Assembly (NCBI GenBank): GCA_963755915.1
Contig: CAVWLP010000002.1
Span: 4,448,001-4,512,000, forward strand
DNA from: an uncultured Phycisphaerales bacterium
GTDB taxonomy: Bacteria; Planctomycetota; Phycisphaerae; Tepidisphaerales; Tepidisphaeraceae
Length of the DNA stretch: 64,000 nt
Reading direction: 5' to 3'
Positions 50,534-63,159 of the stretch are shown here, in pieces. The position numbers and the translations under genes were made by a program. Numbering within the stretch: position 1 is the stretch's first letter; every line of letters begins with the position of its first letter. A model generated the notes under the pieces. That model worked only from the letters and a program-made list of their open reading frames with translations, searched no databases and was not told the origin of the DNA.

Positions 50534-50851
50534 ATGAGTATGCGAAAGAAAAAGCTCAACGAACAGGATCAGGCAGCAGTGGATCTGCTGCTGGACCGGC
50601 CCACGGACGGCTTTTACATGGGAAGCCTTGCGGACAGCGGAGTTTTTGTGAAATCGGTTGACGTCAATCATCAACGCGTTCGATCGGTGAAGCATGTTCT
50701 CAATCTCCTCAAAGAGATGCCGGTGGCCGACCCTCCCGCGGACCTCGCGGGAAAGACGCTTCGGCGGGTTTATGCTTCGGGAGCGGGGAGCTCCTCGATC
50801 CTTCGCGCCCCTACGCCCAATCGCGACAGCGACCAGCAGCGCCTCTCCTGA
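50534..50851 (+). CDS. Small hypothetical protein, possible soluble anti-sigma-like protein
   Basis: Lies downstream of the ECF gene; LLKEMPVADPPADLAGKTLRRV resembles anti-sigma linker motifs. Confidence 0.55.
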   Translation: MSMRKKKLNEQDQAAVDLLLDRPTDGFYMGSLADSGVFVKSVDVNHQRVRSVKHVLNLLKEMPVADPPADLAGKTLRRVYASGAGSSSILRAPTPNRDSDQQRLS

Positions 50852-50875
50852 GGCGCCGCGCCGCTCGTTTCCCTC

Positions 50876-52055
50876 CTACGCCAGCAGTGCCGACATAAGT
50901 TCCCCGATTTCTTTTTCTGAATGCTCGCAGCTTAGCGTCACGCGCAGCCGGCTGGTTCCGCGCGGCACCGTCGGCGGGCGCACGGCCGCAACCACGAATC
51001 CCTTCTCCAGCAGCCGCCGCGATTTCTCCAGCGCCGCCGACTCTGACCCGAGAATAATCGGAACGATCGGCGAATCGCCCTTCACGATCTCAATTCCTTT
51101 GGCCGCAAGCGCGTCGCGAAACGCCCTGGAAAGCGCGCACGCGCTGCTGACGCTGCGGCTCATCGCGCATGACGGCGATCGCCTCTTCGATTCCCGCGCA
51201 AGTCGAGGGCGGAATGCTCGTCGAATAGATGTACGCCCTTCCGAAATTTAAAAGTGCCTGCCCCCAATTCTTTTTTGCACACACCGCCCCGCCGGCACAT
51301 CCGATTGCTTTCGAAAAAGTCACCAAAAAGATGTCGACAAGATCGCAAAACCCTCGCTCCGCGACCAGACCGGCGCCGTTTGGCCCGTACACCCCGCTGG
51401 CGTGGGCTTCATCCATAACAAGCAGGAAATACCGGTCATTTTGCAGCCGGTGCAGGGCCGCGAGGTCGGCCTCATCGCCGTCCATGCTGAAGATCGACTC
51501 GGTGACGACAACCTGGATCTGGTCCGGGTGCGCGTCTTCCAGAAGGCGCGTGAGTTTTTTGATCGAATTATGTGGAAACACCCGCCACGGCGCCTCGGTC
51601 GCTCGTACCGCGTCGATGAGCGAGGCATGCGCGAGCTTGTCGATGACAAATCGCACCCCCGCCGGCGCCAGACTCACCCACGGCGCAGATCGCCTGAATC
51701 GCCGCGACGTTTGCTTGGTAGCCGCTGGGAAAGAGCAGCGCCGACTCGGTGCCCTTCCATCGCGCCACCGCCAACTCCGCGGCTGCATGCGCGGTCGTAT
51801 ATCCGCTGATCAGCGCCGAAGCGCCGGAGCCCGCGCCATATTTCGCTGCCGCGGTACGCGTCGCTTCAATCACGCGCGGGTGATGCGTCAATCCCAGGTA
51901 ATTGTTTGAGCAGAAATTCGTGCAGAGCTTGCCGTCGATTTCGACATGGACCGCGTCAATCGGTCGGACGACACGCCGGGTGCGGAGGAGATTTGCACCG
52001 ATAGACCCACCAGCTCCCTTTCGATCAACTGATCGAACCATTGGGGCTGGCTCAT
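50876..52055 (-). CDS. bioF: 8-amino-7-oxononanoate synthase (apparent frameshifts near 51998, 51665 and 51140)
   Basis: NFCSNNYLGL; SGYQAN; HASLIDA; SMDGD; DEAH; TFSKA; RPPTVP. ATG 52055 overlaps the HU stop codon. Confidence 0.9.
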
Positions 52056-52423
52056 TCCTGATCATCATCCTCGGCGTCATCCCCGTTGTCGGACATGTCA
52101 GCCACATCACCGGCCTCATCATCTACAGCGGCTCCTGTGAGGCTTGCCAAGCGCTGTTTCATCAGCCGCCCGACTTTAAACTTGACCGTCCGCTTTTCAG
52201 GAACTTCGACGGGCTCTAGGGTCTTTGGATTCTGAGCCTTGCGGGCTTTTCGGACTTTGGTCTCGAAAACACCGAAGTCTCGGAATTCCAATCGGTTGCC
52301 TTTCCCCAGCTCATTCACGATCTCGTCGAGGAACTGCTGAACGACGCGTTTGACCTGGACCCGCCGCTGTGCAGCATTGTCGGCGATGCGGTCGATCAGT
52401 TCCTTCTTCGTGATGGTAGCCAT
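52052..52423 (-). CDS. HU/IHF-family DNA-binding protein with acidic C-terminal tail
   Basis: TKKELID; LEFRDFGVF; AQNPKT; VKFKVG. Confidence 0.93.
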   Translation of the reverse strand: MATITKKELIDRIADNAAQRRVQVKRVVQQFLDEIVNELGKGNRLEFRDFGVFETKVRKARKAQNPKTLEPVEVPEKRTVKFKVGRLMKQRLASLTGAAVDDEAGDVADMSDNGDDAEDDDQE

Positions 52424-52555
52424 GGCTCCCTCGAGTTGAAGTTAACGTGCGATGGGAAACAGACTTAAAATAATATCGCTTACCTCCTCTCGTATTGCAA
52501 GAAGAAAACGGGCTCATAACAGCCCATTTTAAAGCAAGATTTAGATGAAGATGAT

Positions 52556-52909
52556 TTACCGGTAGGAGATACCGTAGGTCTGGCTGATCGCCTGGCGCTG
52601 GTAATACCCACCAGCCCACCCGCCATTGCCCCCCAGGCCGCCGGCAAAGCCGGGATATAAATCGTAGGTATTGATGGAGTAAAAGCTGGTGGTTCCGTCG
52701 TTAAACCCCTCAAAAGCCGCCGGCCCGCGACCGTCGCGGGAGAGATCGAGCTGGGGGGTTCCTTCGATCACCGGAGGATCAAACACCAGGGCACTGGCAA
52801 CCGCCGGTGAGTAAACGTGTGCTTGTTGCACCGGGGCAACAGTTGCCGGCTGTGAAGCACAGCCACCCAGGGCCATTGCAAGAATCATCATGAACGCGAA
52901 CCAACGCAT
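52556..52909 (-). CDS. Hypothetical lipoprotein
   Basis: Signal peptide with lipobox LGGC. Confidence 0.7.
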   Translation of the reverse strand: MRWFAFMMILAMALGGCASQPATVAPVQQAHVYSPAVASALVFDPPVIEGTPQLDLSRDGRGPAAFEGFNDGTTSFYSINTYDLYPGFAGGLGGNGGWAGGYYQRQAISQTYGISYR

Positions 52910-53077
52910 ACCGCGGTTATTTCAAAGCCGGTGCCATCCTTCACTTGGCCTGCAAACCGCTGGATTTTAGCCGTTATGAGATCAGCCTGTTACGTTTGAT
53001 GCGGGAAATCAACATGCGCGTGTTGCCGTGGCAAGACGCGTTGCCCCGTTGCGACCCCAAATGCCACAGCAACTGTT

Positions 53078-54037
53078 TTAAATCTGAAAATCGGGCACAA
53101 AATCCGCTTGCTCTCGCGCTCTCCGATCGCGGTACTTGAGCTTCGGCGGATCCGCACTGACCCGGTTGAATTTCGCCACGCTGCTGGTGATGAAGACGTT
53201 GCCCCCGATAACGCACCCTTCGCCGATAACGGTTTCGCCGCCTAGGATCGTTGCCCCGGCGTAGATGGTGACGTCGTTCTTGATCGTCGGATGCCGCTTC
53301 TGTCCACGGAGCAATTGTCCAGCCGCCGGGGCTAATGCCCCCAGCGTTACGCCCTGGTAGATCTTCACGTTCTCGCCGATCTCCGTGGTTTCGCCGATCA
53401 CGACGCCGGTGCCGTGGTCGATGAAGATCCGGTGGCCGAGCTTGGCGCCGGGATGTATGTCGATCCCGGTCAGGCCGTGCGCGTATTCCGTCATGATCCG
53501 GGGCAGCAGCGGGACGTTCTGCTTGTAAAACTCGTGCGCCACGCGTTGGACGGTGATCGCCATCAATCCCGGATAGGAAAAGATCGTTTCATCGGTGCTT
53601 TGCGCCGCGGGGTCGCTCTCGAACGCCGCCTGCACATCATCCGCCAGAAGCGTGCGCACCGCCGGCAGGCGATCGAAGAACGTCGCGACGATCCGCGCCG
53701 CCTCTGCATCACATTCGCTGCATTCATCGCCGCTGCCGTCCGTCCCCGGCAGTTGCCGCTTGTATCGAAGGCAGCAGCGGGTCTGGTCATACAGAATTTC
53801 CGACAGCTCCGCGACCAGCTCGGTCATGCGCAAAGCGATGTTGTCATCGGTGAGACCCTGCTGGCCGAAATAACCCGGATAGATGATCTGTCGAAGCAGC
53901 CCGATCACCCGGATGATCGCATCGCGGCTGGGCAGAAAGACCCGATTCATATGCCGCATGCGCGGCTCCGCCACGATGCTCTTCACCAGGGCATCGACAA
54001 CGGCGGGAAGACGAGCGGTTAGTTCCTTTTGATCCAT
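53078..54037 (-). CDS. cysE: Serine O-acetyltransferase (EpsC/CysE type; start could be TTG 54067)
   Basis: DPAA; SYPG; TGIDIHPGA; FIDHGTGVVIGET; KRHPTI. Confidence 0.93.
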   Translation of the reverse strand: MDQKELTARLPAVVDALVKSIVAEPRMRHMNRVFLPSRDAIIRVIGLLRQIIYPGYFGQQGLTDDNIALRMTELVAELSEILYDQTRCCLRYKRQLPGTDGSGDECSECDAEAARIVATFFDRLPAVRTLLADDVQAAFESDPAAQSTDETIFSYPGLMAITVQRVAHEFYKQNVPLLPRIMTEYAHGLTGIDIHPGAKLGHRIFIDHGTGVVIGETTEIGENVKIYQGVTLGALAPAAGQLLRGQKRHPTIKNDVTIYAGATILGGETVIGEGCVIGGNVFITSSVAKFNRVSADPPKLKYRDRRAREQADFVPDFQI

Positions 54038-54090
54038 GATGGCAGTCGTATCTCTAGCATCCGGCAAATACTTTATCCATAATCGGCGTT

Positions 54091-55466
54091 ATGCAGTCGG
54101 AGCTAATGATAGGCATATCGGGAATGCGGGGCACGATCGGTGGTTCGCTGACGCCGATGGTCGTCGCACGGATGGCCGCGGCCTACGCGCGGTTTCTCAA
54201 GAGCCGAAATCCCGGCGGCGGACGATTGAAAGTGGTCTTTGGGCGCGACTCGCGTCCCAGCGGGCCGTGGGTCCGCGACGCGGCGATCTCCGCCCTCGTC
54301 GCCAGCGGGCTGGAAGTCATCGACCTCGACATCGTAACGACGCCCGGCGTGGCGATGATGGTGCGCCATCTCCAGGCCGATGCCGGGGTCATCGCCACCG
54401 CATCCCACAACCCAATTGAATGGAATGGTCTTAAATTGCTCAATCGCGATGCCACAGCCCCTCCGCCGGAAGAGGCGAAAATGATCGCAGAGCTCTATGA
54501 GCAGAATAAGGCTGATTTCTCGGCAGTTGGCGAGCTTTTCCCGGCCCGCCGCGATACCCAAACCCATTCCCTTCATGTCAAACGTGTGCTAAATTATGTA
54601 GACACACTTGGAATTTGCTCTAAGAGGTATAAGGTGGTACTAGATAGCGTTAATGGCGCCGGATGCGTGTCCAGCGCCACGATGCTTGGAAAGCTTGGTT
54701 GCGAGCTGATCCACATGAACGCCACCCCAGACGGCCGCTTCGCACACGAGCCCGAGCCGACCGAGAAAAACCTCGTTTCCCTTTGCGAAGAGGTTCGCCG
54801 GCAGCGGGCGGCAGTCGGATTTGCCCAGGACCCCGATGCCGATCGCCTCGCGATTGTCGATGAAAATGGCGCTATATCGGCGAGGAATATTCTCTCGTGC
54901 TCTGTGCCAAATGGATTTTGTCGCGCAAACCGGGGGTGACGGTCGCCAATTTGTCGTCGAGCCGCATGCTGGATGACGTGGCAGCCGAGTATAAGAGCCA
55001 GGTCGTTCGAACGCCCGTCGGAGAAGCGAACGTGATTCAGGCAATGCTCTCCAGCGGCGCCAGTATCGGCGGCGAAGGCAATGGCGGTGTGATCGATCCG
55101 CGAATTGTTCCCGGACGGGACAGCCTGGTGGGAATTGCGTACGTCCTGCAACTGATGGCAGCGACAAAACTTTCGATCAGCCAGCTCGTATCGCAGATTC
55201 CACGATACGAAATCGTCAAAACGAAATTCCCCTGCCGGCGGGAGGACGCGGAACGAGCGGTCGCGGCGCTCCGCAAGCATTATGCTTCCGAGAAAATCGA
55301 CGTTCAGGACGGTATTCGCATCGATTTTCCCCAGGCCTGGCTTCACGCCCGGCCCAGCAATACCGAGCCCATCATGAGGATTATTGCTGAAGCTTCCGAC
55401 CGGGCAAAAGCCGAAAAATTGATCGAGGAGGCGCAGGCCGTCGTGAACTCGATCCTGCCGTCATAG
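54091..55466 (+). CDS. Phosphomannomutase/phosphoglucosamine mutase family protein (apparent frameshift near 54870)
   Basis: TASHNP; DPDADR; GGEGNGG; RPSNTEP. CATAAT 7 nt before the ATG suggests a leaderless mRNA. Confidence 0.9.
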
Positions 55467-55583
55467 TCGCTTATAAAATTGCGCAAAACGGTTGCAAAAA
55501 AGAGCAAACCCCTGTTAATCTGGGTTGGCGTTTGGACGAAACAGATAATGCAGGATTGTCGATCCCTGAAAGGGCATTTCATC

Positions 55584-58115
<2,532 letters not shown>

Positions 58116-58138
58116 AGAAAATCGGACGTTACGAAACG

Positions 58139-58178
58139 AAGCCCGCAGGATCGCCATCCCGCGGGCTTTCTTTTTTTT
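58139..58178 (+). terminator. Intrinsic terminator after the pyrophosphatase gene
   Basis: AAGCCCGC(A)GGAT...ATCC(C)GCGGGCTT followed by a T-tract. Confidence 0.8.
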
Positions 58179-58303
58179 GCGGTCCTCTACTCGTTTGAAC
58201 TTATCTGGTTTATCGCGGCAGGTCCGGATAATTGCGGCGATTTTCGCATAATCGCTTGCCTCTCTTCCGGCTGTATTGCATCTCATTAATCAAGGAGGTT
58301 CGC

Positions 58304-58488
58304 ATGAAGCCAGAAGAGACGACCGGGCAGGCCGAGCGCCAGACATTGGACAACCGGCAGTTGCAGGCCCCGCGCAGCAAAGGCAGGCCCTGGATTTCCG
58401 GGACGGGGTTTACAAGTTCAATCAGACGTTCGAAGCGCTGCTGGAGGCGTACTCACAGGATCCGGAGCGGTGGGATGGATTGGAGTAG
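58304..58488 (+). CDS. Small (about 61 aa) hypothetical protein ending PERWDGLE (apparent C-run frameshift near 58370)
   Basis: Strong SD AAGGAGG at 58292-58298. Adding one C gives ...QAPAQQRQALDFRDGVYKFNQTFEALLEAYSQDPERWDGLE*. Confidence 0.55.
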
Positions 58489-58497
58489 CGCACCGCG

Positions 58498-59087
58498 CTA
58501 GTTCAGCGAGCCCTTGGTGCTGGGAACGCCGGGGCTCGCGGGTCGGGGGAGACTGCCTGGCGGAGGGCGCGGGCGGTGGCTTTGAAGATTGCCTCGGCAA
58601 TGTGGTGGTTGTTGCCGCCGTAGGGGACGTTGATGTGCAGGTTCATCTTGGCGTTGGCGGCGACGGCTTTGAAGAATTCCTCGATCAGCTCTACGGGGAA
58701 ATTGCCGACGCTTCCGCCGCGATATTTCGCTTTATAGACAAACGCCGGGCGGCCTGAGAGGTCGATGGCGACCTGGGCGAGGGTTTCGTCCATTGGGACG
58801 ATAGCCCAGCCGTAGCGCTGGATTCCGCGTTTTTCGCCGAGGGCTTTTTCAAGGGTCTGGCCGAGAACGATGCCGACGTCTTCGACGGTATGATGGGCGT
58901 CGACTTTCAGATCGCCCTGGGCCTCGATGCTCAGATCGATCAGGCTGTGGCGGCCGAGGAGGTCGAGCATGTGATCGAAGAACCCGACGCCGGTCTCGGC
59001 GACGGTTTTGCCTGAGCCGTCGAGGTCGAGGGAGATTTTGACCTTGGTTTCTTTGGTCTGGCGGGAGATTTTGGCGGTGCGGGGCAT
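58498..59087 (-). CDS. hisB: Imidazoleglycerol-phosphate dehydratase (apparent frameshift near 58532)
   Basis: FFDHML; DAHHTVED; PMDE; NNHHIAEAIFKA. The conserved end VPSTKG is in an alternate frame. Confidence 0.96.
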
Positions 59088-59095
59088 TGGAAGCG

Positions 59096-59124
59096 AATGT
59101 TACGAAATGTTACGAAATGTTACA
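59096..59124. repeat. Three tandem 10-bp repeats (AATGTTACGA) upstream of hisB
   Basis: aatgttacga aatgttacga aatgttaca. Confidence 0.8.
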
Positions 59125-59255
59125 CTTTTCGAAAATAAGTTAGTAAGTGCTTATTTGATCCGTAAGTTTTATGGCTACAAATAGTTATCGGAAAAATGGG
59201 GTCGAAAAATCGAACTTTTCGGTCGGAAAGCGAAAAATGCGCAATAACCGCGAAG

Positions 59256-59621
59256 TCATTCATGGTGAAGTCTGTAGAGGTCTTTGACCCCGTCGCGGGA
59301 GAGGACGATCAGGGCCCAGATTCCCATGATTGTGCCCACGGGAAAGACGACGCAGGTGAGGGAGGCGACGGCGATACTGAAGATGCGGAATCGGGCAAGG
59401 AACATGCAGATTCCTGATAAGACGCAAAATAAGTCCGCAATGAGCAGCACGAGGACGAGGTGCTGAAATTCGGGTTGGTCGGCGACGGCCAATGCGACGA
59501 GCGCGCCGATTAGAAGGCCGAGGCCGCCGAAGGCGATTTGGCAGATCGCCAGCAGGCGCAGGTTCGCCCCATCTTCCGCGCTCGGAGGGTTGTGGTGCGC
59601 GTATTGGACGGGGTTGGACAT
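59256..59621 (-). CDS. Small membrane hypothetical protein
   Basis: 3-4 TM helices; FPVGTIMGIWALIVL. Confidence 0.7.
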   Translation of the reverse strand: MSNPVQYAHHNPPSAEDGANLRLLAICQIAFGGLGLLIGALVALAVADQPEFQHLVLVLLIADLFCVLSGICMFLARFRIFSIAVASLTCVVFPVGTIMGIWALIVLSRDGVKDLYRLHHE

Positions 59622-59636
59622 GGGCGATTTCAGATT

Positions 59637-60707
59637 TCAGGCGGCTTTGCCGGCGGCGGTGAGCATTTTAATTCCGGCGAGCAGGGCGTTGTTTTCGTGG
59701 CTGTGGCCGATGGTGATGCGGATTTTGTCCTTCAGGCCGGGGAGATCGAAATAGCGGACGAGAATGCCCTGCTCCTTGAGGCCCTGGTACATGGATTTGC
59801 CGTCGCCGGTGGGGACGGAGGCGAGGACGAAATTCGCCTGGCTGGGGAGGACCGTCCAGCCAAGCTGGGTCAGCTCGGCGCTGAGGCGGGTACGCTCGGC
59901 CTTGATGTTATCCCAGGTGCTGCGGGCATAGGCCTGGTCTTCCAGTGCCGCGGTGGCGGCAACGATCGACAGCGCGTCGCAGTTGTAGCTGTCCTTCACC
60001 TTCATCATCTGGGCGATCACGTTCGGCTGGGCGATGGCATATCCGAAGCGCAGCCCGGCGAGACTGTAGGCTTTGCTGAGGGTCCGGAGGACAACGAGAT
60101 TCGGAAACTCGTCGACGAGTGAGGCGCAGTTGTCGTCGGCGAAATCGGCGTAGGCTTCGTCGACCAGGAGCAAGCCTGAGAATTTGCGAGCCAAGTCCGC
60201 GACTTTCAGGGGCGAGACAAACGTGGCGCTGGGGGCGTTTGGATTGGCCAGAAAAATCGCCTGGGCGTTGCTCGCGGCCAGGGCCGCGGTCGGCAGGGAC
60301 CAGTCGCGGTCCCAGGGGATTGGCAGGGATTTGGCATCCTGCAATTTTGCGAGAACCGGATAAAGGGAATACGTGGGATCGGGAAACGCCAGGATTCCGT
60401 GCGGGGGAATGAAGGTGCGGGTCGCGATGGTGAGGATATCGTCGCTGCCGTTGCCAGCGAGAATGTGATTGCGGGTGACGCCGTGAAGTTTGGCGGCGGC
60501 GTCGCGGAAAAGATCAGCGGTGGGGTTGGGGTATCGGCGAAGGAGCTCGGCGCTGGCGCCGGCGATGGCCTGCATGACGCGCTCGCTGGGGGGATAGGGA
60601 TTTTCGTTGGTGTTGAGCTTGACGATGCGCTCGCCGGGGGCGGGCTGCTCGCCGGGCGTGTAGCCGTGCATTTCGCGGATGGTGGGGCGGATGAATTGGG
60701 GAGTCAT
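59637..60707 (-). CDS. hisC: Histidinol-phosphate aminotransferase
   Basis: KLNTNENPY; GNGSDD; NPNAP; DEAY; RTLSKAYSLAGLRFG; SQANF. Confidence 0.95.
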   Translation of the reverse strand: MTPQFIRPTIREMHGYTPGEQPAPGERIVKLNTNENPYPPSERVMQAIAGASAELLRRYPNPTADLFRDAAAKLHGVTRNHILAGNGSDDILTIATRTFIPPHGILAFPDPTYSLYPVLAKLQDAKSLPIPWDRDWSLPTAALAASNAQAIFLANPNAPSATFVSPLKVADLARKFSGLLLVDEAYADFADDNCASLVDEFPNLVVLRTLSKAYSLAGLRFGYAIAQPNVIAQMMKVKDSYNCDALSIVAATAALEDQAYARSTWDNIKAERTRLSAELTQLGWTVLPSQANFVLASVPTGDGKSMYQGLKEQGILVRYFDLPGLKDKIRITIGHSHENNALLAGIKMLTAAGKAA

Positions 60708-60735
60708 AGAGACGAAGCGGATTATACGGTCTTTC

Positions 60736-60860
60736 CCCCTCGTCCGGTACTCCGGGAGAGGGCAGGGGTGAGGGCCTCGGAAAAAATCTCCTCGCACCCA
60801 CGGCCCTCACCCGCGCGGACTTCGTCCGCTTGCCCTCTCCCGGAGTACCGGGCGAGGGGA
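60736..60860. repeat. Inverted pair of CCCTCACCC...CCCTCTCCC-type repeats
   Basis: Arm 60736-60776 is inverted relative to 60802-60860. The right arm carries an extra GCGGAC-TTC-GTCCGC hairpin. Confidence 0.8.
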
Positions 60861-60873
60861 AAAGAGGGGATGT

Positions 60874-61834
60874 TCAAGCTGTCAATAATGATTCGATCGT
60901 CGCGCATTGCCCGCCGTGGGATTGGGCGAGGAAGCCGAAATAGCGCTCGAGGGCGTGGATGAAGCAGCCGTCGAGTTGGCCGGCTTCGGGTTCGGGTTTG
61001 TGGAGGTGGAGGTTTTTCGAGGCGAGCAGTCTAAGGAACTCCGCGGAGCCGGCGAACATGGTGCCGGGAATGAAATCGGCACGAATCTGGCGGGGGTTGG
61101 TTTGCATAAGCTCGGTGAGCCAGGGGCGGTTGTTGCGGTAGTGGTCGTGCAGGGGGCGGGTTTGTACGCCGTAGATGCTTGGCTTGGAGGGGTCGATGTG
61201 GGAGAGGAATTTGTCGGTCATTTGTTTGTTGCCGACGAGGGATTCGAGGTTCATCCAGAACCAGTCGCCGCCGTAGGTGAGATGGGTGGAACGCTTGGTG
61301 TGGATCTTAATGAAATAATCGTAGGGAGAGAGATCGAGATATGCGGCGGTGAGGAGAAAGGGAATGATGTCGCGGCCGTGGTTGGGGAGAAGGATGGCAT
61401 CGGCGCGGGGGCGGGGGAATTGGGAGAGAAATTCTGCCTGGATCGCGGGCTTGGGGGAGGTCAGGAGCAGGTCGTAGTCGGTGAAATCTTTTAGCTTGCC
61501 GAAAATGATTCTCGCTTCGTCCTCGTAGAAGGCGTGCACGAGAATCAGTTTTTTGCTTCCGGCAAGGCGGATAGGGGCGGGGATGATGTTGGAAAAGTCC
61601 CGGGGGGAAAGGCGCTGGCCGGTAGGGTGCTGGGCGCGCATCAGCGGGCGGATTTTGCGGGTTCGGCGGATAAATTGATGCACTTTTAAAATCAGGGTGA
61701 ACGGTTCATATTCGAGTGCGTAGGCGAGGGGTTTGGGACGATCGGCATTTTTTTTTCCAGAACCATTCGCGGGTGCGGGCGGAGCCGCGGATGCGGATTT
61801 CCTGCATGTATTTGAGAAGATCGGGGTCGAACAT
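60874..61834 (-). CDS. Rhamnan synthesis protein F (RgpF)-like protein (apparent +1 frameshift in a 9-nt homopolymer, 61748-61756)
   Basis: HAFYED; NHGRDIIPFL; KIHTKRS; FIPGTMF; DGCFIHALER. Reconstructed start MFDPDLL at 61834. Confidence 0.8.
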
Positions 61835-61926
61835 TGGTTAGATTTGCGGCATGATAGGGAAAGGCCCCAGGATGGCCATCCTGAGGATACAAAGTGTGGG
61901 GGCTTTTGATTGGGAATGGGATTTAG

Positions 61927-63159
61927 ATGGAATCGCATCTTTTTCAGGATTTGACGCTGATCTTTCTGGCGGCGGTGGCCGGAGGGATTTTGGCGTGGCT
62001 GGTGAGTCTGCCGTTGATCATCGGATTTGTGATCGGGGGGATCATCATCAGCCCGTTTACGCCGGGGATTCGGCTGCATGATGTACATACGTTCGAGGAG
62101 ATGGCGGAAGTTGGGGTCGTTCTGCTGATGTTTTCGGTGGGGGCGGAGTTTTCGCTGGAGGAGCTGCTGAGCGTGAAGTGGGTGGCGGTGGTGGGAGGGT
62201 CGCTGGGGATTGCCATCATCATCGGCACGACGCTGGGGATCGGACATCTTCTGCACTGGACGATGAACCAGTCGCTAGTGGTGGGGGCGACGGTTTCGGT
62301 GGCCAGCACGATGGTGCTGGCGCGCGTGCTCCAGGAGCGCGGAGCAATGGGGACTTCGTATGGCCGGGTGATGATCGGCATCACCCTCTTCGAAGATCTG
62401 GCAGTGGTTCTGATCACGGTCGTCCTTCCCGCGTTCGCGGGGACGGATGCGGACCGGTTTACCAAGGCCGCCTGGACGCTGGGCAAAGCGGTCATCCTGC
62501 TGATTCCCCTGGCGATTCTGACACGGACGCTGATTCCGCGGCTTCTGCGACTGATCCGCCGGACGAAGGACCAGGAGCTTTTTCTGCTGACGGCGCTGGC
62601 GATCTGCCTGGGGACGGCCGCCCTTTCGACGGTCGCGGGGTTTTCGATGGCGCTGGGGGCATTTTTGGCGGGATTTTCCATCAGCGGTGCGAAGGACCTC
62701 GATGAGGCCCATCACAGCCTGCTGCCGCTCCGGGATATTTTTGTGGCGCTATTTTTCGTTTCGCTGGGAACGCTGATCCAGCCGGCGATTTTGATGCGGA
62801 GTCTGGGTTTGCTGGGGGTGATGCTGCTGCTGATCGTGCCGGGGAAATTTATTTCCTGGGCGATCGTGGTGAGGATTTTTGGATATCCGACGAAGACGGC
62901 TATCGGCGTGGCGGCGGGATTGACGCAGATCGGCGAGCTTTCGTTTGTCGTGGTCAAGGTCGCGCGGGATGCAGGAATGGTGGGAGACGAGGTGTTTAAT
63001 GCGACGGTGGCGGCGTCGCTGATTTCGATTTTTATCAATGTGTTTGTGACGTGCGCGGCGCTGAGATTTGTGGAAGGGAAGAGCGCCAATGTCACTGTAA
63101 GAGGGCCCTCACCCCAACCCTCTCCCGGAGTACCGGGCGAGGGGGTAAGCTCGAATTAA
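61927..63159 (+). CDS. Cation:proton antiporter, CPA2 family
   Basis: [53 protein letters not shown]. Confidence 0.92.
   Translation: MESHLFQDLTLIFLAAVAGGILAWLVSLPLIIGFVIGGIIISPFTPGIRLHDVHTFEEMAEVGVVLLMFSVGAEFSLEELLSVKWVAVVGGSLGIAIIIGTTLGIGHLLHWTMNQSLVVGATVSVASTMVLARVLQERGAMGTSYGRVMIGITLFEDLAVVLITVVLPAFAGTDADRFTKAAWTLGKAVILLIPLAILTRTLIPRLLRLIRRTKDQELFLLTALAICLGTAALSTVAGFSMALGAFLAGFSISGAKDLDEAHHSLLPLRDIFVALFFVSLGTLIQPAILMRSLGLLGVMLLLIVPGKFISWAIVVRIFGYPTKTAIGVAAGLTQIGELSFVVVKVARDAGMVGDEVFNATVAASLISIFINVFVTCAALRFVEGKSANVTVRGPSPQPSPGVPGEGVSSN
63104..63145 (+). repeat. CCCTCACCCCAACCCTCTCCC-type repeat inside the CPA2 3' end
   Basis: GGCCCTCACCCCAACCCTCTCCCGGAGTACCGGGCGAGGGGG; same family as 60736-60860. 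Confidence 0.8.

Noticed and set aside
60708-60797. Repeat-derived N-terminal extension of HisC
   Set aside because: TATAAT at 60721-60726 and ATG 60707 give a normal-length protein, so the repeat is probably untranslated here.
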